Shown piece after piece: positions 17,064 to 20,000 of a stretch of DNA of 20,000 bases. Position 1 is the first letter of the stretch, and each line of letters starts with the position of its first letter. This DNA is from an uncultured virus (IMG/VR IMGVR_UViG_3300024999_000085) (lineage: Duplodnaviria > Heunggongvirae > Uroviricota > Caudoviricetes), in the IMG/VR virus record IMGVR_UViG_3300024999_000085; one strand, 5' to 3'. The notes beneath the pieces were generated by a model. That model had not been told where the DNA came from, did not search any database, and saw nothing but the letters and a program-made list of their open reading frames with translations. Made by a program: the position numbers and the translations under genes.

Positions 17064-17122
17064 AAGATATAAAATGAATAATAAAACAATAAATAAATTT
17101 AATAATTATTTTTATATTCCTA

Positions 17123-17152
17123 TTGACATTAATAATTGTATTATGGTAGAAT
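17123..17152 (+). promoter_or_regulatory. Sigma-A promoter of the recombinase gene
   Basis: TTGACA-18 bp-TAGAAT with an extended -10 TG. Confidence 0.75.
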
Positions 17153-17213
17153 TAATCTACAAATAAATTACATTACATAATAATAAATTATTAAATAAAA
17201 AGGAGAAATTAAT

Positions 17214-18062
17214 ATGAAAAATAAAATTGAACAATATAAGAATTATTTAATTAACCAAGCAAAATCTAGTAATACAATATCATCTTATATATCAGACTTG
17301 AATCACTTCTTTACTTTGCATGATGAGATTAGTAGGGATTCTATTATTAGATATAAGGAAGAGATCAATGGTTTATCTTCTTCATCTATTAATAGGAAAT
17401 TGTCAAGTTTAAAATCGTTTAATGAATTTTTATTGATGTTGGGATTGGTTGATAGTGTAAAAATTATCAAAAGAGATTTTATTAAGGTGCAAAGTAAAGG
17501 AAATCCAACAGATGTAACTGAATCACAAGTATCTGAATTCTTAGATAAAGTGAATAATAAATATAGTTTGCATAGGGTAAGGAATATTGCTATTGTTTTT
17601 CTGATTGCTAATACAGGAATAAGAAGAGAAGAAATTACAAATTTAAAATTGAGGAACTTAGATTTAGTAAATGGTGAATTGAAGTTAATTGGTAAAGGTG
17701 ATAAGGAAAGAACTGTATTATTGAATGATATTGCAATAAAAGTTATTAAGGATTATTTGAAGATTAGAGAGAAACATAAATTTGCTAGTAGTCAATATAT
17801 ATTTTTAACAGAGAGAAGTGAGAAATTAAATAAGGATACAGTTAATTATATATTTAATAGTTATTGTGACGGTGATTGTAAGGTTGGAGTGCATAGTTTG
17901 AGACATTCATTTGCGAGTAGTGTAATAGAACAAGATGTTTTAACTTTACCTGAATTGCAGAATCAATTAGGCCACGCATCGCTCCAAGTCACTTCCATGT
18001 ATTGTCATGCAAGAAAAGAAAATATTAAGAAGAAAATTAATAATTTAAGGATTGGATTGTAG
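17214..18062 (+). CDS. Tyrosine recombinase, XerC/XerD-like, 282 aa
   Basis: Catalytic motifs TGIRREE (R), GKGDKER (K), HSLRH (HxxR) and QLGH...TSMY (H, Y). SAM-like N-terminus SSNTISSYISDL...SSINRKLSSLKSF. Confidence 0.95.
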   Translation: MKNKIEQYKNYLINQAKSSNTISSYISDLNHFFTLHDEISRDSIIRYKEEINGLSSSSINRKLSSLKSFNEFLLMLGLVDSVKIIKRDFIKVQSKGNPTDVTESQVSEFLDKVNNKYSLHRVRNIAIVFLIANTGIRREEITNLKLRNLDLVNGELKLIGKGDKERTVLLNDIAIKVIKDYLKIREKHKFASSQYIFLTERSEKLNKDTVNYIFNSYCDGDCKVGVHSLRHSFASSVIEQDVLTLPELQNQLGHASLQVTSMYCHARKENIKKKINNLRIGL

Positions 18063-18087
18063 GTTAATAATAATTTTATAAACAATT

Positions 18088-18121
18088 AATACATCATTAT
18101 TTGTTAATGGTGTATTTTTTT
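18088..18121 (+). terminator. Intrinsic terminator after the recombinase
   Basis: AATACATCATTA-TTTGT-TAATGGTGTATT followed by TTTTT. Confidence 0.75.
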
Positions 18122-18160
18122 ATTTCCATAAAAATTTTACAAAATATAAATATAATTGTG

Positions 18161-18189
18161 TTGACATTTGTTTTACGATAATGTATAAT
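18161..18189 (+). promoter_or_regulatory. Sigma-A promoter of HNH cassette 2
   Basis: Perfect TTGACA-17 bp-TATAAT. Confidence 0.85.
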
Positions 18190-18276
18190 AACAATTAAGG
18201 AGGAAAATAATGAATTTTAAATAATAATTCAAAAGTATTACAAATTACAAATATAATTTAAAGTAGGATATTTTTA

Positions 18277-19098
18277 TTGAGTGAAAAGAAATTTCAAGTA
18301 TGTGAAGTATGTGGTATTACAAGTGATGAAACAAGAGTCAATTTTAGAGAAAAATATAATATGATTTTATGTGCTAAACATAATGAACAATTAAAAAAAA
18401 ACATGGTACATTAAAACCAAATCTTGAAAGAAATAGAAGATTACATAATGAAATAAAAATTAGGTATTGTGAAGTTTGTGGTGTTTCTAATAAAGATACA
18501 GAAGTATATCATTATAAAAAATATAATATGACATTATGTAATAAACATATAAATCAAATGAATTTTTATGGTAAAATACAAAATAAAACAAGAAAGGAAT
18601 TAAATGATTATATTTTATATGATACACATGCAGAAATTATTTTATATGATGATAATAATTTAGAAAAAGCAAGAGCAATAATTGATTTAGAAGATGTTGA
18701 AAAATGCAAACCTTATAGATGGGGTATTAGTAATGGTTATATTAAAACAAATAAAAATAAATTACAAAATTTTATTTTAGATTATAAAGGTAAAATTGAT
18801 CACAAAAATAGAAATCCATTAGATAATAGAAAAAACAATTTAAGATATGCAACACATCAAGAAAATACTAGAAATATATCAAGGAGAAAAGATAATATGA
18901 GTGGTTTTACATATTACATGGGCAAATGATAAAAATAAATGGAGAGCAAGAATAAATATTGGTGATAATAATGTATTACATTTAGGTTATCATGAAAACA
19001 TAGATGATGCTATTATTGAAAGACTTAAAGCAGAAAAACAATACTTTGGTGAGTTTGCTCCACAACAACATTTATATGAACAATATGGAATTGTTTAA
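18277..19098 (+). pseudogene. Frameshifted zinc-finger/HNH/AP2 endonuclease
   Basis: One protein in three frames. From the TTG at 18277: CEVCG...LCAKH. After a shift in the A9 run (18393-18401): a second CEVCG...LCNKH, then IDHKNRNPLDNRKNNLR (HNH). After a second shift near 18912: ITW...NKWRARI...HLG...AEKQYFGEFAP (AP2). Confidence 0.8.
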
Positions 19099-19299
19099 TT
19101 AATTGAATACATAAGATTATAAATATAATTTTACATATATTATAATACATATTTATTAATTTTATTTATAGATTACTAATACATTGCATATTATAATTTA
19201 TTATGTATCTATAAATAAAATAATTTTTATTTTTCTTCTATCTTATCTCTACACTCTAATGAAAACCGTCTTGGCAGACAGCCTTTTTTGTCTGTATTA

Positions 19300-19329
19300 A
19301 ATTATTTGCGTTTATAAACGCAAATAATT
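19300..19329. repeat. Perfect 30-bp palindrome with no loop
   Basis: AATTATTTGCGTTTA|TAAACGCAAATAATT. Confidence 0.9.
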
Positions 19330-19374
19330 ATAATCCATCCAAATATTTAATTTTTATTTATTTTAATTATAGAG

Positions 19375-19404
19375 TTGACAATTATATTTATATTGTGTTA
19401 TAAT
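19375..19404 (+). promoter_or_regulatory. Sigma-A promoter
   Basis: TTGACA-18 bp-TATAAT with an extended -10 TG. Confidence 0.75.
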
Positions 19405-19463
19405 ACGGATAGGAGAGGAATATAATTTTATGGATTGATTATTTATTTTATGGAGGTGAAAAT

Positions 19464-19514
19464 TTGATTGGTGCAATAGTTGCTTTATTCTTTTTATGGT
19501 TGATTAGAGGATAA
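19464..19514 (+). CDS. Candidate 16-aa hydrophobic micropeptide
   Basis: GGAGGTG RBS, TTG start, MIGAIVALFFLWLIRG*. Confidence 0.4.
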   Translation: MIGAIVALFFLWLIRG

Positions 19515-19717
19515 AAATGGTGAAATGAAATTTATTTTTAAAAAGGTATAAAGTATTATTATAATTGTACGATAATATTAATAGGATTATTATTATTTAT
19601 TTTATTTTTATTTTATCAGATTAATATTATAATTTATGTGGTGCAATATTAGATTTTTCTATAATCGAATATCCAATTTTTGCACCCTTAGTATTAAAAA
19701 TTAAAGGAGGAATTTTT

Positions 19718-20000
19718 ATAAAATTTATATCAGATGAAATTGACAATATGGATGTAGATAAAAAGAATTTTAATCTTATATCTTCAGGCACAGGTACGGG
19801 AAAAACTTATTTTGTAGCTAATGAATTAAATAAATATTTTCCTAACATTAAATATTCAGAAATATTATTTGTAACATCTAGATCATTAATAGTAGATCAA
19901 CAGTCTAAATCAGAACGAATTTCTAAGTATGATATGCATAATCTTATTTATATAAATCATTGGAATGGATTATATGATAATGCTAAATTATTAGAGAAAA
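19718..20000 (+). CDS. 5' part of an SF2 (DEAD/DEAH-like) helicase, truncated by the window edge (not in the ORF track)
   Basis: NLISSGTGTGKTYFV (Walker A) and ILFVTSRSLIVDQQ (motif Ia). AAAGGAGG lies 7 nt before an in-frame ATA at 19718; the first ATG is at 19748. Confidence 0.8.
   Translation, partial: MKFISDEIDNMDVDKKNFNLISSGTGTGKTYFVANELNKYFPNIKYSEILFVTSRSLIVDQQSKSERISKYDMHNLIYINHWNGLYDNAKLLEK

Overview
Very AT-rich DNA with Firmicutes-type signals (AGGAGG ribosome sites, sigma-A promoters with extended -10 TG). It most likely comes from a large Clostridia/Bacillota phage, prophage or phage-plasmid. No rRNA, tRNA or CRISPR array was seen. Layout: (i) 287-6892 is a leftward block of small phage-type genes, including a zinc-finger/amidoligase. 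Three consecutive gene junctions carry related long hairpins that look like RNase III processing stems. (ii) About 6.9-9.35 kb is ORF-free, has a sharp G-rich to C-rich strand-skew switch, and is packed with apparent host-protein binding sites: a perfect parS palindrome, a dif/Xer-like site, a 17/19 Fur box, a near DnaA box and repeated operator-like motifs. (iii) 11074-16919 is a leftward operon encoding an RHH-like regulator, several SpoIIIAC/AD-like small membrane proteins, a membrane-anchored protein, an FtsK/SpoIIIE ATPase and a Replication-relaxation family nuclease. It is bracketed by a 17-bp direct repeat and interrupted by an HNH/AP2 endonuclease cassette. (iv) 17214-20000 holds a XerC/D-like tyrosine recombinase, a frameshifted second HNH/AP2 cassette, a perfect 30-bp palindrome, a micropeptide ORF and the start of an SF2 helicase. 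The best candidates for new biology are the SpoIIIA-like/FtsK/relaxase module and the non-coding array of host binding sites. All family calls come from motifs read by eye, not from database searches.
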